Assembly (NCBI RefSeq): GCF_025526975.1 | Contig: NW_026515679.1 | Span: 434,001-498,000, forward strand | DNA: 64,000 nt | Origin: Fimicolochytrium jonesii | Lineage: Eukaryota | Direction of reading: 5' to 3' | Part shown: positions 59,518-64,000 of the stretch, piece by piece | Layout of the letters: every line of letters begins with the position of its first letter | Position numbering within the stretch: the stretch's first letter is position 1 | The notes under the pieces: generated by a model | The model's database searches: none | What the model was told of the DNA's origin: nothing | Seen by the model: the letters and a program-made list of their open reading frames with translations, nothing else | Made by a program: the position numbers and the translations under genes

Positions 59518-62500
59518 CTACAACCGAAACGTCTGCTCCACGAAGCGGATGTTCTCGTTCTCCAACTTCCTCAACATCGGCTCGTAGATCTCCTTGGTCA
59601 TGGGCGCAATCACTCCCTTGCCGCGTAATTGACCTACACGAAACCCCAAAAGAAAAAGCCATGAGTTCCCACTCCTGCGCCAAAAAAAATCCATCACACA
59701 CTTACCATCCAAAAGCATCTCGGCTCCAATAGCAGCCGGCAGTCCGACCGTCTTGGCCATCGCAGTGTATCCCCCGACCTCGCCATACGCAAACAGCGTG
59801 GAGGTGCGCTTCTCGCGCGAGCCGTCCCGCCACTTGATGCCGAACTCGTGGTGCATGGCGACCATGTCGCGTTCGGTGGGGGCGTAGACGAGGCGTTTTT
59901 GGAGGTGGGCGCAGAACGCGTCGAGGATGGTGGAGGAGGGGTGGAGGGGGGTGTGAGGAGAGAGCATTTCCAGCCTGCGTGTGGGAGAGATGTGAGTTCA
60001 AACCTCGACCCGGGATGAACGCGGTGAATGGCAACTGATGGTGCCCTTTCCGTAACGTACCATTGGAGTGCAGACACGACAGTGTCGAGGTGAGCTTCCG
60101 ATGGGGATTTGCCCTTGGAGGCTAGGACGTTGGCGATGGCAGTGCGGACATCGGAGCCTGCATCGATGCCGAGAAGCTCGTTGGTCAAGTCCGCCTGCGA
60201 CAATGATTCAGGTGTAAGCGTGGAACACAAATCACAACTCCTGGAAAACGCGCAACTTACCCACGACACCCCGCTCTTCAGATCCGTCCGTTCCACATCG
60301 TTGAACAATCCAATGTCTCGGAAAGTGGCCATGAGATCACAGTATCCCTATAGCAAACGACTTTTCATTAGAACTTTCGTCAACTTGCAAAAGGCCAATC
60401 GACCAGTCACATTACCGTGTATCTCAGCGTTCCCCTGAACATCGTATCCAGGTCCGAAATGTCTCCCAAATTGTACAGATCGACATATTTGAGCGAGTCA
60501 CGGTTGGGAATGCCCTCGAGCGCAAAGCCCTTGGCGATGGAGGCGGTCGTCCGCGATTCGAACAGCTGTGAGCCGGGGACTTGGATGATCTAAATAAAAC
60601 ACATGCTAAATTAGAGATCAAGTGGAAGGAGATGATGTGCGAAAGGGAGAGGGTAAGTAAACAAACCTCGCCATCCCTCTTGAAATGCGCCGAGTTCAAT
60701 CCAGCGAGAAGTACACCCTTCGGGCTCCAGCTGAACTTGTACCCCAGCGGGTTGTTTGACGCCTCCGGCGCGGGGAGACCACCGCACCATGACACGAACG
60801 ACGTAATTTTGCCTCCTTTCTCCTTGACCTCGTCGAAAAGTTGCATGGCGGTGAGGTGGTCGATTCCGGGGTCCAGACCGACCTCGTTGAGGATGGTGAG
60901 GTTTGCGCGCTTGACTCTGGGAAGGTGTCAGATGTCAGTGCTTCTAGCTCCCGCACATCCGGGCAAGGTACACCGGATTTTTACCTGTCGTTCAAAGCTT
61001 GCATGGCGGGGGAGATGTAACTGGCGGTGACCATGTTCTTGCCCTCATTGATGCAGGCCTCCGCCACAGTCGGATGAAGGGTGGCCGGAACAAAGCTGGA
61101 AAAGGTGTTGGTCAGGTTGTTCAACTTGTGCAACAACTTCATGCAACCCGCCTACCTGACAACAACATCGTGCTTCGCCACAAGTCCAGCTAACGCCTCC
61201 TTGTCAGCTACGTTCAGGCCCGTGACGGGTGCATTCGCCCTTCCATTCGCCAGCCTCGTCGCTTCCTCCGCGCTATTGCTCGCTATCGACATCCAAACAT
61301 CCATCAGAGCCAGAAAGAGAAGAACAAGGATTGTTTCCCTTTCACATACCAATTGTGACAGACCGATGCGGTGCCCTCAAGAGGTAATCCACCAGCGGCG
61401 CCGCGACAAATCCGGACCCGAGCAAAAGCACGTTCTGACTGGCGGTGACCTTGGCTCCTTTGCCGTACTCGTTGAGAATGGGTTGGAGGTTGGATCTAGC
61501 AGGCGCGAGCTTGCCGTCGGCGGTCGCGATGGTCGCGCGTTTCAGGACCGGGTGGTCGACGTTGCCCATTGCCTGCGAAACATGAATGGGGCGCGGGTGA
61601 GATCCGAGTTCACCGGGCGAGCGAAACGCAGTTTCCTTACCAGTTGGTTGACGTAAGGGAACAAGGCGTTGCTGAAGTATTCACTGGCCTCAAGTGGCAG
61701 TTCCGTGGGCAGGTTGTCGATGGACATGATTTGGATCCCTGCGCCTTCCATGCTACGGACGGTAAGTAATTGATTCCATGGATACATCGCATGAGATTTG
61801 GAAAGTACGTACTTATCGTGAGTGGTCCGCGTTGCTGGATCGTACATGTAGAAAGGACTGTCGATGGTAGAAGAGTGGCTCATGAACTCCAACGACCCCT
61901 TCAAGACAATGTTAGACTGAATTCGTGCGTAAACTCTTATGGCAGTCATCTCCTTACGTTGATATCGCAGGAGACGTCGGCAATGGAGAGCATGCGTAAG
62001 CGATGCTCGTTCGCAAGCTGGGTTGCTTGTTCGGATGTCAGCAGCCGAGGGTACTTCTCGTCCCAGAAGATGCCATTCACTAGGACGTTTGTGTATGGCG
62101 CGATCTTTTCGAAAGCGGGACGTCAGTATCAGGCAAGTTGAAGCACTCTGGAGATGACCAACATGATGCGCACCTTCTCATGGAAAATGGACATGTAATG
62201 CTCCGGGTGCTCGCGGTAATGGTCCCTATTGAACTTCCAGCCATCTTTCCGCACTAGATAGTCAGATGCTGTGACCTGGCACGCGTACACTCGGTGGTGG
62301 CTCCAGCCTGCAAATGGAGGATGTCAACCTTCGGGCTCCTCCGGATCGGAAGAATCGATCTACCCACTCTGAGTCTTGTACAGGTCGCGCAGCTCATCTG
62401 GGCTGACCCATTCATGCGGCAGACACTTGAAGACGTGCATTGCTCCCTACATCCCGCATAATGAGTTCCAGCTCAAGACGTCCGCAACCATCTTCCACAA

Positions 62501-63476
62501 TGGAACATACTCTGGCAACATGTCCGTCTCCCGTGAACACGAACGACATCGGCCCCATCTGTCTGGGCAGCCCGTCGTCCATGATGACCTGTCCTGTGCG
62601 CGTCACATCCAAACGGGCGTCCGCAAGGGTTCTGTACATGTAGGACATTCCAATCGCCTGCATACACACACGAGAGATAAGAACATTGGACTCTTGGTGA
62701 AGTTCCTTTTGCCTGACACCCACCAAGAAAGGGTTTCCGTAACCCAGGGCCAGCAGTCGGTGACCCAGCCCATGCATGCTGTCAATCATCCCCGCATAAC
62801 CGGCAAAGCGGCTGAACTGGACGACACGCCGCTTGGTGTCGTCTGTCATGAGCTCGTAATCTATCAATCTGATGCGCTGTGACACGAACATTGGAGTTTG
62901 GCATCGACGAGTGGCGAGTGAGATTTCATGACAGGAAACACACCCACCTTGTCCAAAACCGCCTGCAGCAATGGCATATTGTACTTCTGCCCCTTGTGCG
63001 TATGCGAGAAGAACAGGTACGTCTTGTCGGCGATGAGCTGTTCTATTGGCACCTCCTTGACTCCAACAATCACATCCGCGACAGACAGGTCCTCAGCGAT
63101 GATCGCTCCCGCCTGGTATGGAACGACGTAGCTTCGTTAGCACCATGTTTTATGAGGGTTCGAAGCTGATGATGTTCAGCCTACCCACCTGCCTATACTT
63201 CTCGTCCGGCACAACTCGCTTCGTGCTCGGCTGCACATACACCTTCGTCCCCGTCTCCTTTACCAGCCGCTCGACATGCTCCGGCATCAACGGCACGCGC
63301 CGCTCCCATCGGTTTTTCTGCTCTGCACGGATACCTATGGATAGGCGGGCTGAAGTAGAGGTGGCGGACGCCGCCACCATCGCCGTTTTCGAGAACTTTC
63401 GCTGGCATTGGTGCAGACACTGCGGGTGCCGCAGACGGGCGTGGGACTGCGACCGGAAGGCTAGCATGGTCGACAT
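59518..63476 (-). CDS. AASS: Bifunctional lysine-ketoglutarate reductase/saccharopine dehydrogenase (alpha-aminoadipic semialdehyde synthase), mitochondrial
   Basis: Presequence, then LKR motifs [48 protein letters not shown] and [21 protein letters not shown] motifs are [43 protein letters not shown] and AMAKTVGLP. Confidence 0.93.
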
Positions 63477-64000
63477 GCTGGGCTGGGGGCCGGGCAGTGT
63501 TGTGGATAGCTAGTTGAAGGGGCTCTGCTACTAAGGACGAGCGATCGCACAACGCAGACCTCAGGGATGCCAGCTGGGGGGTTTTATTATTTGCGCAAGA
63601 ATGAGGACCTCCTCGGCCCCGAGGAAACAATCGAGCGAGAGAGAGAGAGCGCATGGGGGCCCTCACGCGGCCCTTCCACGCGTCGCGCCCTATTACTGCA
63701 GTGGGAGTGACCAACCAGCCACGTTTCACTCGAGGCGGGGCCTTTTTTTTCTGTGCTCACCCTCCCTCAAGGCTCACACACACCCAGTCTCGGTGTCGAC
63801 AGGTCACGTGCCGCGGTCACTTCCAACCCCTCACCTCATGCGGCTGTCCGAACGAGCGAGCGAATGGATGGATGGATGTCCGAATGGGAATGCGAGTCGC
63901 GTCGCTTTCCCTTCTCCCTTTTGCCTTTCACTCTTCGCTCAGGCTCCCTACTCCTACTGTACGCCTCCGAGAGGACGACGCACACTCCACCCGTTCCTTG

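Overview
Gene-dense, intron-rich eukaryotic DNA, most likely from a zoosporic (chytrid-like) fungus. That assignment is inferred from short GT-AG introns, fungal-type housekeeping genes, flagellar IFT25, a CHASE hybrid histidine kinase and a bifunctional AASS. About 21 protein-coding genes can be supported: TRAPPC11 (partial), ValRS, UTP20, UVDE, a SET/bromo-like/tandem-Tudor chromatin protein, a peroxisomal adenine-nucleotide carrier, IFT25, WAPL, a transcriptional cyclin, a CHASE-PAS hybrid histidine kinase, a 7TM protein, a CXorf58-like protein, mL43, a cytochrome-b5 reductase, a SIRT2/Hst2 sirtuin, a thiolase, a pyruvate kinase, an MFS transporter, a WW protein, a coiled-coil protein and AASS. 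The stand-out is an intergenic Fanzor (eukaryotic TnpB-like RNA-guided nuclease) locus at about 32.3-33.8 kb. The ORF track splits it into four pieces, but one canonical intron plus two +1 frameshifts join them into a RuvC D-E-D nuclease with a zinc finger. A hairpin-rich downstream segment is a candidate omegaRNA. All gene models are hand-spliced from the sequence, and family calls come from recalled motifs, not database searches.
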